Positions 1-11,235 of a stretch of 64,000 bases of DNA are shown in pieces; the stretch's first letter is position 1, and every line of letters starts with the position of its first letter. The DNA is from Alphaproteobacteria bacterium (GTDB lineage Bacteria; Pseudomonadota; Alphaproteobacteria; SHVV01). The stretch lies in assembly GCA_965261735.1 (NCBI GenBank), contig OZ253470.1, forward strand, positions 2,720,001 through 2,784,000. The letters run 5' to 3'. Under the pieces are notes generated by a model. That model was not told the origin of the DNA, did no database searches, and was given only the letters and a program-made list of their open reading frames with translations. The translations under genes and the position numbers were made by a program.

Positions 1-2
1 GT

Positions 3-563
3 ATTCCCGGTATACCGGAGCCCGTGCCCGGCCTCGAGGGCGATGCGCGCGCGCTCGTCTATCTCGCCATCGTCGTCGCCGCGGTGGCGTTGACCTATGT
101 CGCGCTCGAACGTGCTCGCCGGGCGCCGTGGGGCCGAGCGCTGCGGGCACTGCGCGAGAACGAGGCGTCGGCCCAGGCCGCCGGCAAGGACGTCGTGCGC
201 TTTCGCATGGAGGCGTTCGTGCTCGGCTCGATGATCATGGGGCTCGCGGGCGCGCTCTACGCCCACTTCGTGACCTTCATCAGCCCCGAGGCCTTCGATC
301 CCATGTTCGCTACCTTCCTGGTCTGGGTGATGCTGATCGCGGGTGGCAGCGCCAACAACAAGGGCGCCATCCTTGGCGCCTTCGTCATCTGGATCGTGTG
401 GTCGGGGACCGAAGTCCTGACCAACCGGCTACCGCCGGAAATCATGACCCAGGCGAGCGCGCTGCGGGTGTTCCTGATCGGCCTGCTGCTTCAGGTCATC
501 CTGCTGATGCGGCCCGAGGGCCTGCTGCCCGAACCGCACGAGAGATCGCATCGGGAGAACTGA
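3..563 (+). CDS. Branched-chain amino acid ABC transporter permease (LivM-like), 5'-partial
   Basis: Hydrophobic ORF with WGRALRALRENE..A.A.G, GLAGALYAH, GG..N.KGAILGA and RPEGLL motifs; frame open to the window start. Confidence 0.88.
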   Translation: MPGIPEPVPGLEGDARALVYLAIVVAAVALTYVALERARRAPWGRALRALRENEASAQAAGKDVVRFRMEAFVLGSMIMGLAGALYAHFVTFISPEAFDPMFATFLVWVMLIAGGSANNKGAILGAFVIWIVWSGTEVLTNRLPPEIMTQASALRVFLIGLLLQVILLMRPEGLLPEPHERSHREN

Positions 564-583
564 CACCGGCGTACACCGCGCCC

Positions 584-624
584 AAGAAAGAGCGCCCGCA
601 AGGATCGGTTCCCTGCGGGCGCTC
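584..624 (-). terminator. Rho-independent terminator hairpin between convergent ABC genes
   Basis: GAGCGCCCGCA (590-600) / TGCGGGCGCTC (614-624) perfect 11-bp stem, followed by TTTCTT on the minus strand. Confidence 0.7.
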
Positions 625-649
625 GCCTGAGCCGCGCTCGGCCAGACGT

Positions 650-1885
650 TTACATCTTGGGCTCGACGATTTCGAGCGTGACCAGCTTGCCGCCCTTGAC
701 CACCCAGTGGGCGAAGGTCCCGGGCACGTCGCCGGCCGCGTCGAAGTCCTGGGAGCCGGCGGCGCCGGTGTAATTGATGGCGCTTCCCGCCGCGAGCAGG
801 CCGCGGGCCTTGGCCCATTGGCCGGGCAGGATCGTCTCGCCGGGCGGGTTGGCGATTTCGCGCAGGGCGTCACGGATCTTGGTGCCGTTGGTCGAGCCCG
901 CCTTCTGGATCGCCAGCGCGAGAAGGAACGTGGCGTCGTAGGCGTTGTCGATGAAGGGCAGCGGCGGCAGCTCGCCGTACTCCTTCTCGTAAGCCTCGCG
1001 GAAGCGAATCGCCGCGTCGCTGTCGGCCACCGCCTCCGGTGCCGTGCCCCACATGCCGTTCAGGTGCTGGGCGCCGATGGCCGTGATCATGTCCACCGAC
1101 TTCATACCGTCGGTGAACACGAAGTCCTTGAAGAGTCCGCCTTCCAGCGACTGGCGCAGGATGGGGATACCGTCCTCTGGGTAGGCGATCAGCAGCAGAG
1201 TCTTGGCGCCGCCGGCGGCCGCCTTGGTGAGCTCACCGCGGTAGGAGGCCTGCTTGGGCTCATAAGCGATGGACGTCACCTTGCCCTTGAATCCGGCGGC
1301 GAACGCGTCGTTGAGACCCTGGCCGTAGTCGTTGTTGACGTAAACGATGGCGACGTTGCGCAAACCCTTGCCGTAGGCCAGATCGCCGAGAACGACCCCC
1401 TGAAGCGCATCGTGCGGCGTACTGCGGAACAGAAAGTCCTTGTCGTTCAAGGTGGTGATCGTCGGCGCGGTCGAGGCGCTCGAGATCTGCGGCACGCCCG
1501 ATGCGCTCGTGACACTGGTGGCGACCGGAATGGTGACGCCGCTCGACAGCGCACCGACGACGCCGTGGGCGCCCTCGATGGAGACGAGCCGCTTGGCGGC
1601 CTCGACGCCGGCTTGGGGGTTGGTCTGCGTGTCGCCGACCGCCATGCCGAGTTCGCCGCCGAGGATGCCGCCGCCCTCGTTGACCTGTTTGATCACGAGC
1701 TTCACGCCGTTGAGCGAACTCTGCCCGTATTCGGCGAGGCCGCCGGTGAGCGGCATGAGCGCCCCGATCTTCGCCATCTCCGCGGCCTCGGCCGGCGGGG
1801 CGTACGCCAGCGATACGGCGATGCCGACCATGGCAAGTCCGCGCCAGCCGTGCGCGGACAAAGACCCCCCTGACAGATGCGACAT
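650..1885 (-). CDS. ABC transporter substrate-binding protein, branched-chain amino acid (LivJ/K) family
   Basis: Signal peptide, KIGALMPLTG, GALSSGVT, FLFRSTPHD, NNDYGQG, AYDA motifs. Confidence 0.9.
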   Translation of the reverse strand: MSHLSGGSLSAHGWRGLAMVGIAVSLAYAPPAEAAEMAKIGALMPLTGGLAEYGQSSLNGVKLVIKQVNEGGGILGGELGMAVGDTQTNPQAGVEAAKRLVSIEGAHGVVGALSSGVTIPVATSVTSASGVPQISSASTAPTITTLNDKDFLFRSTPHDALQGVVLGDLAYGKGLRNVAIVYVNNDYGQGLNDAFAAGFKGKVTSIAYEPKQASYRGELTKAAAGGAKTLLLIAYPEDGIPILRQSLEGGLFKDFVFTDGMKSVDMITAIGAQHLNGMWGTAPEAVADSDAAIRFREAYEKEYGELPPLPFIDNAYDATFLLALAIQKAGSTNGTKIRDALREIANPPGETILPGQWAKARGLLAAGSAINYTGAAGSQDFDAAGDVPGTFAHWVVKGGKLVTLEIVEPKM

Positions 1886-2076
1886 GATGTCCTCCCGTGC
1901 AATGGAGCCGCGTCCCGTGCGCCAGTGGCCGGGCGCGTCAGCTGACCCAATCTAGTATATTTTCCGAAACCGTCATAAGGGTTTGGCGCGAGGTAGCGGA
2001 CGTTTTGTTTTGCGCCGCCGGGGCCGGCGCCCCATAGTGGATGGACCTGAAAACGAATCGACAGTGAGGGAGGCCA

Positions 2077-2455
2077 GTGATGAAAGCAGTGCTCTCCAGA
2101 GCCGCGCTCGCCGCGGTGGTGGTATGCGGCTTTGCCGTCTCCGCCTCGGCCAAGACGCTGATTTACTGTTCCGAGGGCAACATCGAAGGCTTCAACCCGG
2201 CGCTCTATACCTCGGGCACGACCTTCGACGCGGGCTCACGGCAAATTTTCAACAAACTCGTTGAGTTCGAGCTCGGCACCACCAACGTGGTCGCCGGCCT
2301 CGCCGAGTCCTGGTCGGCATCGGAAGACGGCCTGTCTTACATCTTCAAGTTGCGCCGCGGCGTCAAATGGCACACGACGAAGAACTTCACCCCGAGCCGG
2401 GATTTCAATGCCGATGACGTGATCTTCAGCTTCACCCGGCAGTGGAACAAGGACC
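2077..2455 (+). pseudogene. dppA: Dipeptide ABC transporter substrate-binding protein (DppA-like), truncated by IS1595
   Basis: KTLIYCSEG..EGFNPALYTSGTTFDA, GLAESW, F.LR.GVKWH, RDFNADDVIFSF; only ~126 aa precede the IS end and the rest is absent. Confidence 0.85.
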
Positions 2456-3560
2456 CTTGCATATCCGGTTAACACCCATGACCGCTACATGTAGGGTGCC
2501 GCCACTCTCCCGAGTAAAGCTCGGCATAGGTTGGAGCAGAGGTGTCGCCCGCGATGCCGAGCAATGAGCGGAAGGCGTTGAACGGGTAGAACCGCCTGTT
2601 GAAGCGGAAGGTGAACTCGTTGAGGTAGGCTTGTAGGTGCTGGTGGCTAACGCCGTGGTGGATACCGATCAGCCACGTCTTCAGGTTGGCGAAAATCAGA
2701 TGGATGATCGGCAGGTATTGCTCGGCAACCTCTGGATCACCACACTCGGCAACAGCGAAGTGCTCATAGCCGCGCTTACCGAGGCCAGCATAGCCGCTCC
2801 AATCGTCAGTAACGATCAGCGATCGCGGCGCGACGGTGCTCTCGACGAACCCACAGAGCGACTCGGCGCTACGGTCGAGCACGACGGCGAGCCGAACGCG
2901 TCCGGCATAGCGTCCGTCTTTCCGGTTGTCGAGCTTGGTGCCCGGCTTTCGATGACGCACCTCGATGGCACAGGAGACGGGAACCTTGTGGTGAACACCA
3001 CGGCCTTCCCCACGCGTTCGCCCGCCAACCCAGGTTTCGTCCACCTCAACATGGTTCTTGGGCTGTCCACCGATCCTGTCTTGGTTGGGCCGCACCATGC
3101 CCGAGCGGAGCTTGTGGAGAATTTGAAAGGCCGTCTCGTAGCGCGAAAGACCAAGTTACCGCTGAAACTGCACGGCGGACATGCCGGGCGTCTGACTGGC
3201 GACCAGATAAGCGGCCCAGAACCAGACGTTCAGCGGAGTGTGGCTACGCTCCATCACTGTTCCCACCGTCAGCCCGGTGTTCTGGCGGCACTTGCGGCAG
3301 CGCAGGACGCCAGGGCGGTTTTCAAAGTGGAACGGCTCTCCCGCCGTGCCGCAGTGCGGGCAGGCAAAGCCGTCTCCCCAGCGGGCTTTCTCCAGGTAGG
3401 CGGCGCAGGCCGCATCATCGGGGAAAAGTCGCTGGAACTCGGGTAGCGAATGCGGGAATGGGAGATCGGCGCGGTCGAGAACATCCATGGCGCGCTCCCC
3501 TATATCCGGGTTGCGCCCATTCTAGCCCTAGTGGGTGTGGGTGTAAACCGGATAGGCAAG
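2456..3560 (-). mobile_element. IS1595-family insertion sequence, copy 1 (1105 bp); transposase 2469-3488 with nonsense mutation
   Basis: TIRs CTTGC(A/C)TATCCGGTT(A/T)AC; Zn ribbon CPHC..CRKC, VEVDET, TDD, YLNEF..RFNRR; CAA->TAA at 3156-3158; flanks do not match (no TSD). Confidence 0.93.
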
Positions 3561-3606
3561 GTTTGAGTATCGCTATAACCGCCGGAAGCGGCCTGGAAAC
3601 CTTCCG

Positions 3607-6026
3607 ATGCTTCGTAACTTCCGCGTTCTCTGCGTTTTCGTCGCGGTTGTCGGCTACGCGACTGGGGTTCGGGCGCAGGAGTACAGTTCGTTTCTTGCCT
3701 ATCCGGTTAACGCCCATGACCGCTACATGTAGGGTGCCACCACTCTCCCGAGTAAAGCTCGGCATAGGTTGGAGCAGAGGTGTCGCCCGCGATGCCGAGC
3801 AATGAGCGGAAGGCGTTGAACGGGTAGAACCGCCTGTTGAAGCGGAAGGTGAACTCGTTGAGGTAGGCTTGTAGGTGCTGGTGGCTAACGCCGTGGTGGA
3901 TACCGATCAGCCACGTCTTCAGGTTGGCGAAAACCAGATGGATGATCGGCAGGTATTGCTCGGCAACCTCTGGATCACCACACTCGGCAACAGCGAAGTG
4001 CTCATAGCCGCGCTTACCGAGGCCAGCATAGCCGCTCCAATCGTCAGTAACGATCAGCGATCCCGGCGCGACGGTGCTCTCGACGAACCCACAGAGCGAC
4101 TCGGCGCTACGGTCGAGCACGACGTCGATGGCACAGGAGACGGGAACCTTGTGGTGAACACCACGGCCTTCCCCACGCGTTCGCCCGCCAACCCAGGTTT
4201 CGTCCACCTCAACATGGTTCTTGGGCTGTCCACCGATCCTGTCTTGGTTGGGCCGCACCATGCCCGAGCGGAGCTTGTGGAGAATTTGAAAGGCCGTCTC
4301 GTAGCGCGAAAGACCAAGTTGCCGCTGAAACTGCACGGCGGACATGCCGGGCGTCTGACTGGCGACCAGATAAGCGGCCCAGAACCAGACGTTCAGCGGA
4401 GTGTGGCTACGCTCCATCACTGTTCCCACCGTCAGCCCGGTGTTCTGGCGGCACTTGCGGCAGCGCAGGACGCCAGGGCGGTTTTCAAAGTGGAACGGCT
4501 CTCCCGCCGTGCCGCAGTGCGGGCAGGCAAAGCCGTCTCCCCAGCGGGCTTTCTCCAGGTAGGCGGCGCAGGCCGCATCATCGGGGAAAAGTCGCTGGAA
4601 CTCGGGTAGCGAATGCGGGAATGGGAGATCGGCGCGGTCGAGAACATCCATGGCGCGCTCCCCTATATCCGGGTTGCGCCCATTCTAGCCCTAGTGGGTG
4701 TGGGTGTAAACCGGATAGGCAAGGTTCGTTTGTCGTGTTCGGGGACAGCCTGAGCGACTCCGGCAATATCGCTCATGCGTTGGGTTTGCCAACAGGGAGC
4801 AGCTTTACCACCAATCCCGATCCGGTCTGGGCGAGGATCGTCGCGCATACCTTCCGCTCGCCAGGGCTACATTCGCTCAGCGGTGGGTCAAACCACGCCT
4901 TTGGTGGCGCCTGTGTAAATCCGGACAGTCCGTGCACTGTTCCTGTGCCGGGGATCGGTCAGCAGATCGATCAATATCTTTCCTCACGGCCCTCGGGGGC
5001 GGCCGATCCGAACGCCTTTTATGCCGTTTGGGGCGGCGCGAACGATGTGTTGGCCGTCGCCGAGGCTGCCGCAAGTACCAGTCCCGGTGTCCGAGCGGCT
5101 AATCCTCGAGCCGCCACTCTGGCGGCGGCTCGCGCCTATACAGATCATATCCGGCGTCTTCAAGAGGCCGGCGCTCGCCATGTCGTGGTCTTCAACTTGG
5201 TCGATGCGGGCGAGACGCCGTTTGCACGTCGCGCCGGCGATCCGAGAATTCCGGCCGCGCTTACCGCTCTCGTGACCCTTTACAACGAGGAGCTCGACGC
5301 GGGCTTTCGTTCGCTCGATGCGGGGATCGTTCCGATCAACACCTTCGCCCTGTTCGGGGAGGTTCTCCAAGACCCCACGACTTACGGCTTCACCAATGTT
5401 CATGGAGCGGCCTGTTCCCCGAGCGAGAGGTTACCTGTATGCGGCCCATCAGGCTCCGGCTCTCGCGTAACCTATGACCCCGGCACCAACCGGAGTCATT
5501 ATGTTTGCGGATGACAAGCACCCCAGCGGAGCGGCCCACGAGATAGTCGCAAGTGTGGTGACATCAACCCTCGCGGCCCCAGTTCAGGTTTCGCTCGCCG
5601 GGGAGGCGGGTGTCGACGCGGTGGCTACGCACCGACGCGTGGTGTCGCGCGAGCAAATGTCGGATTTAGGGCTTGAGCGCGCGGTCGGGAGTTGGCGCGG
5701 CTACACGGTGGGACACTTGGGCAAACGTGGTTTGGATGCCCTGCCGCGTCTTGGAAAAGCGCGGACCGACGTGCAAGCGATCACCCTGGGAGCCAGCCAG
5801 CGTGTGGCAACCAGCCGTTGGTGGGGCGCCGCACTGAGCGAGCCGCCACGACAATGACGTTTCGGGCGCGGTTCTCGAGAGCAACACAGTCGTCGGCTCG
5901 GTCCACGGGGCATGGCGTCAAAGCCGCCTAGACCTGAGCGGTTCGCTGAACCTGGGCAGAAGCCAGGTGGACATCGAGCGTTCGATTGCCCTTGGACCGG
6001 CAATGCGCACCGAGCACGGTTCCACG
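3607..6026 (+). pseudogene. GDSL/SGNH esterase autotransporter (EstA-like), interrupted by IS1595, frameshifted twice and truncated by IS256
   Basis: Removing IS copy 2 and one TSD gives MLRNFRVLCVFVAVVGYATGVRAQEYSSF-VVFGDSLSDSGN; also GGAND and FADDKHPS (DxxH); beta-barrel-like segments after shifts near 5500 and 5840. Confidence 0.85.
3694..4723 (-). mobile_element. IS1595-family IS, copy 2 (1030 bp); transposase 3707-4651 with 75-bp in-frame deletion
   Basis: Same TIRs; 8-bp TSD GTTCGTTT at 3686-3693 and 4724-4731; deletion junction at 4124/4125. Confidence 0.93.
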
Positions 6027-7475
6027 GGTCGTGTCCCAGGACGTGGTGTAGGAGTTGTTGGAGCCTCTGTTAGCTGTGGGTAGGCGGCTTGCCGTAGCGA
6101 CCGCCGAGAGTCTGGCGTAGGCAAGCCGGCTATCCACAGCGGAGGCCATCGCGGTTCCGGTTTAGGGTTGGGCTAGTGCAAACCAACCTGACCCGAAGGA
6201 GAACCACGATGACCCAGGACATGATGACCCTGCGCGCGCTTTTGGAGAAGAACTCCGATGCCGATCTGCTTTGCGAGATGATCGGCTTCACGGCCGAGCG
6301 GCTGATGGCACTGGAGGTTGAGGGCCTGACCGGCGCCGGGCACGGCGAGCGCTCGGCGGATCGTATCACCCATCGCAACGGCTACCGCGACCGGTCCTGG
6401 GAGACGCGGGCCGGCACGGTCGAGCTGAAGATCCCGAAGCTGAGGAAGGGAAGCTACTTCCCGGGCTTCCTGGAGCCGCGGCGGATGGCCGAGAAGGCGC
6501 TGGCTGCGGTGATCCAGGAGGCCTACATCCAGGGGGTGTCGACCCGCTCGGTCGACGATCTGGTTCAGGCGATGGGGATGTCGGGCGCCTCCAAGAGCCA
6601 GGTCTCCAGGCTGTGCGGCGAGATCGACGATAAGGTCAACGGCTTCCTCGATCGACCGCTGGAGGGCGACTGGCCCTATCTGTGGCTCGACGCCACCTAC
6701 GTGAAGGTGCGCCAGACCGGACGCATCGTCTCGGTCGCGGTGACCGTGGCTGTGGCCGTCAACGACCAAGGCCGCCGCGAGGTCCTGGGCGTGGCGATCG
6801 GCGCGTCGGAGGCCGAGACCTTCTGGACCGAGTTCCTGCGCTCGCTGGCCCGGCGCGGGCTGCGCGGCGTGAAGCTGGTGATCTCCGACGACCACAAGGG
6901 CCTGAAGGCCGCCGCGACCCGGATCCTCGGCGCCACATGGCAGCGCTGCCGCGTGCACTTCGCCCGCAACCTGCTGGCCCATGCCGGCCGCCAGGGCCGG
7001 CGCGTCGTCTCCGCCTTCGTCGCCACCGCCTTCGCCCAGGAGGACGCCGACAGCGCGAAGGTCCAGTGGCGCCAGGTCGCCGACCAGCTCAGGCCCAAGG
7101 TGCCCAAGCTGGCAGTTCTCATGGACGAAGCCGAGCACGACGTCCTCGCCTACATGAGCTTCCCCAGGGAGCACCGCCAGAAATTGCACTCCACAAACCC
7201 GATCGAACGGCTCCATGCCGAGGTCAAGCGTCGCACCAACGTCGTCGGTATCTTTCCCAACGAAGCCGCCATCACACGGCTCGTCGGCGCCATCCTTCTC
7301 GAGCAGAACGACGAGTGGGCCGTCTCAAGGAGATACATGACGCTGGAATCCATCGCTCCGCTGAGCGATGGTGTCCCCATCACGCTGCCCACCGTGGCAG
7401 CCTGAACGTCCCGGCCCTACCCGCCGGGAGCCGCGTAGAGCGCAACGCTCTTACACCACTCCGCGGGACACGATC
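6027..7475 (+). mobile_element. IS256-family IS, copy 1 (1449 bp); intact transposase 6176/6209-7405
   Basis: [49 protein letters not shown] motifs; imperfect TIRs GGTCGTGTCCC.../...GGGACACGATC; no matching TSD. Confidence 0.95.
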
Positions 7476-7993
7476 CTGGAGCGGTTCGCCGCTTCGGGTC
7501 TGGACTGGGCCGAGGCCTGCGACATGGACGAGGAGGCCCTGGAGGCGGCGCTCTATCGGATATCCCGGGCTTCGGATTGGCCGGAGGTGAACTGGGCCAT
7601 GGTCGAGTAAGACCTGTCCGGCCGCGGCATGACGCTGATGCTGCTGTGGGAGGAATGGCGCGAGACGCATCCCGACGGGATGAGCTATCCGACCTGGTGC
7701 CGCCGGTTCCGGGAATGGCGGCCGCGCCGGGACGTGACGATGCGCCAGAACCGCCGTCCCGGCGAGCGTCTGTTCGTCGATTACGCCGGCATGACGGCTC
7801 CACTCCTGGTCGAGGGGGTCGAGCACGAGGCGCAGGTGTTCGTGGGCTCGATGGGGGTGTCGGGGCGGCTCTACGCCGAGGCGACGCTGACCCAGAAGAT
7901 CGAGGACTGGTGCGCCTCGCACGTGCGGTGCTTCGAGGACATGGGCTGGGCGCCGCAGCTGGTGGTTCCGGACAACATCAAGTCGGCGGTGGC
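7476..7993 (+). pseudogene. istA: IS21-family transposase IstA internal fragment
   Basis: TLMLLWEEW, TMRQ..PGERLFVDYAG, VVPDNIKSAV motifs; in-frame TAA near 7608; truncated at both ends. Confidence 0.85.
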
Positions 7994-10290
7994 TCGATCC
8001 ATTCCCGGCACCATTCCGTCAGCTTCGCCTGGCCGGCCGCACATTCGATGAAGTCGCGCCGCTGGTGCACCCAGCACCAGCACAGAATCACCTTGCCGTC
8101 GAGCTCGCGCGCCATCTTTCCGTAGGCGGTGTAGCGGTCGCAGACCAGGAACACGATGCCCTTGACCGAACCGAACAGCTTCATCGCGACCTCGGCGCTG
8201 CGCGAGGGGTCGATGAGGAAGTAGACCGCGTCGGCGCTGACCGAGATCCACAGCCACGCGCGCCGCGAGCGGCCGGTCTCGCTCAGCGACTGGATGCGCC
8301 AGCCGGTCTCGTCGCCGTGGCGCACCGCCATCTCGTTCTGGTGCGCGAGGATCGCCTTGGCGAGGGGTTCGAACAGCGGCAGGAAGCGGGGCCCGCTGCC
8401 GGCCACCGTCCCCGGCGCGATTGCCAGCCCCTGGTCCGCCATCCACGCCGCGACACGACGCAGGGGCCGGAAGCAGGCAAAGCGCTCGAAGAGGATGCGC
8501 GCCCAGACGGTGGTCCCACAGGGCGTCCTGGGAAACAGCCGTGGCACCGGTGGCGCCGCCACCTCCAGGGGCGAGGACGCACAGTCGCAACCCCGGCGGT
8601 AGCGGGGACGGACGATTCTGCGGATGTGGGCCTTGACCTCGATCTCGATGACGGTCGAGGAAAGCTCCCCATTGGCGACATAGGGCTTCCCGCAACAGGA
8701 ACAGACGCGCGCGTCCTGCGGCGGATTGTGCCGTTCCTCCTTCTCCTCGAGCGTCGGCCGCTGGGTGCGGCTGTGCCCGGGAGCGCCGCGTTGCTGGCCT
8801 CGCTTGCGCTCCGAGCGCGCCTTGTCCTGCTTCTCGCTCTTGCTGCCGTAGAGCGCCTTCGACAGCACGGCCCGGGTCGTACGAAGCTTGGCAATCCGGG
8901 CTTCCAGTCTCGCGTTCAGGGCCCGCAGCACCTTGATCTTCTTGCCCAGCCGTTCGTTCCTTGCCTATCCGGTTAACGCCCATGGCCGCTACATGTAGGG
9001 TGCCGCCACTCTCCCGAGTAAAGCTCGGCATAGGTTGGAGCAGAGGTGTCGCCCGCGATGCCGAGCAATGAGCGGAAGGCGTTGAACGGGTAGAACCGCC
9101 TGTTGAAGCGGAAGGTGAACTCGTTGAGGTAGGCTTGTAGGTGCTGGTGGCTAACGCCGTGGTGAGATACCGATCAGCCACGTCTTCAGGTTGGCGAAAA
9201 CCAGATGGATGATCGGCAGGTATTGCTCGGTAACCTCTGGATCACCACACTCGGCAACAGCGAAGTGCTCATAGCCGCGCTTACCGAGGCCAGCATAGCC
9301 GCTCCAATCGTCAGTAACGATCAGCGATCGCGGCGCGACGGTGCTCTCGACGAACCCACAGAGCGACTCGGCGCTACGGTCGAGCACGACGGCGAGCCGA
9401 ACGCGTCCGGCATAGCGTCCGTCTTTCCGGTTGTCGAGCTTGGTGCCCGGCTTTCGATGACGCACCTCGATGGCACAGGAGACGGGAACCTTGTGGTGAA
9501 CACCACGGCCTTCCCCACGCGTTCGCCCGCCAACCCAGGTTTCGTCCACCTCAACATGGTTCTTGGGCTGTCCACCGATCCTGTCTTGGTTGGGCCGCAC
9601 CATGCCCGAGCGGAGCTTGTGGAGAATTTGAAAGGCCGTCTCGTAGCGCGAAAGACCAAGTTGCCGCTGAAACTGCACGGCGGACATGCCGGGCGTCTGA
9701 CTGGCGACCAGATAAGCGGCCCAGAACCAGACGTTCAGCGGAGTGTGGCTACGCTCCATCACTGTTCCCACCGTCAGCCCGGTGTTCTGGCGGCACTTGC
9801 GGCAGCGCAAAGCCGTCTCCCCAGCGGGCTTTCTCCAGGTAGGCGGCGCAGGCCGCATCATCGGGGAAAAGTCGCTGGAACTCGGGTAGCGAATGCGGGA
9901 ATGGGAGATCGGCGCGGTCGAGAACATCCATGGCGCGCTCCCCTATATCCGGTTTGCGCCCATTCTAGCCCTAGTGGGTGTGGGTGTAAACCGGATAGGC
10001 AAGGTTCGTTCGCCTTGCGCAGCGACGCAATGGTCTTGTCCCGGTCGCGCAACCTCCTGAAGACCGCGGGCAGCAGGGGACGTTCGGCAAGCTCGGCCTC
10101 CAGCCCCTCCTTCTCGAGGGCGGACTTCCTCAGGGCAATTGCCAGATGGTCGACGCGCCTCGTCAGCAAAGCGATGAGGTCCATCTGGTCGTGGTATCCC
10201 GCCAACTCCCCACGCAGCAGCTTGGCCTCGCCGGACAGCCTGCGTACTGTCTTCTTGAGACCCTGCAACGGCTCCAGCTCGCGGCCCAGC
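7994..10290 (-). pseudogene. IS66-family transposase (TnpC-like), split by IS1595 copy 3 and truncated at both ends
   Basis: YGSKSEK, RGQQRGAPGH, CSCCG, HGDETGW, CDRYTAY, CWVHQRRDF; frame rejoins as RKANERLGKKIKVLR when the IS and one TSD are removed. Confidence 0.85.
8960..10003 (-). mobile_element. IS1595-family IS, copy 3 (1044 bp); transposase frameshifted
   Basis: Same TIRs; 8-bp TSD GTTCGTTC at 8952-8959 and 10004-10011; 62-bp deletion at a GCA microhomology (~9807-9809) and +1 A at 9165. Confidence 0.93.
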
Positions 10291-10815
10291 CGCGGCCCGG
10301 GAGGATCGAAGCGCATTACCCTCGGCCGGCATGGCGAGCTCACCGTCGAGCAGGCGCGCAAACAGGCGGTTGCCGTCATCGACCGCATCAAAAGGGGCGA
10401 GAACCCGGTGGCGGCACCGCCGGAGCCCGCGTTCACCGTTGCCGATCTGGCGGAACGGTACATGGAGGCGCATGTGGCGGTGAACTGTAACGCGCACACC
10501 CAGGGGATCTACCGGGGATCGCTCGACAACCACATCCTGCCGGCGCTGGGAAAGATGCCGATCACTTCGGTGGGCCGGTCCGAAGCGGCGGCGCTGCACT
10601 ACGAACTCCGCAACACCCCCCGGGCAGCGAACCGTGCGCTTATGGTGCTGTCCAAGATGTTCTCGTTGGCCGAGGACTGGGGACTGGCTCCGGCTGGCGG
10701 CAACCCTTGCCGTTTCGTGCGCAAGTACAAGGAAGGCATGCGCGAGCGGTTCCTCACACCGGACGAGTACCGGCGGTTGGGCCGGGTGTTGTGTTCCCTC
10801 GATGCCGGTGGCCCG
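10288..10815 (+). pseudogene. Tyrosine recombinase/integrase fragment (arm-binding and core-binding domains, no catalytic domain)
   Basis: RGPGGSKRITLGRHGELTVEQARKQA, TVADLAERY, HILPALG, PRAANRAL..LSKMF, NPC, RERFL. Confidence 0.8.
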
Positions 10816-11235
10816 TTATCGCCCCAGCTCGCTCGCCCGAAGCCCTGCGGCGTAGGCCGTCATCAGCAAGGCGGGATGCTTGTGGTTGGTGGTCACGGTA
10901 AACAGCCGCACGAGCTCGCCGCGGTTGAGGATCCGAGGCAGGGTGGACGGCGTCTTGGCACCCGGCAGATAGAAGTGCGGGTCGGGCAAACCGAGCGTGA
11001 TGCGGTACAGGAAGCGGACGCCGTGGCGAACGCAGTTGCAGCTCTGCCAGGTCAACCCCTTCTGTTCGTGCAAATAGATGAGGGAGTGCTGGACTTCCGG
11101 AGCGGAGATCCGGTCGGGGCTGCGACGATAGTGACGTGCGAGCCCGCCAACCGAGTTGAGGTACGATTTCTTGGTGTTCTCGGCGAGTCCGCGAACGGTC
11201 ATGTCGTCGGTCATGCGTTGGCGCAGCGGTGTCAT
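10816..11235 (-). pseudogene. Tyrosine recombinase of the type linked to IS91-like elements, 3'-truncated
   Basis: MTPLRQRMTDDMTVRGLAENT..SY, SPD, LPRIL, TAYAAGLRASE; ends just after the box I Arg. Confidence 0.8.

Noticed and set aside
128-1873. 581-aa + strand ORF and many other long alternative-frame ORFs (e.g. 35128-36837, 47881-49341, 43946-45355)
   Set aside because: Antisense or shadow frames of well-supported genes, expected in high-GC DNA; no recognisable motifs.
6173-7216. 347-aa antisense ORF present in all IS256 copies
   Set aside because: Its recurrence only reflects IS identity; it is the mirror frame of the transposase.
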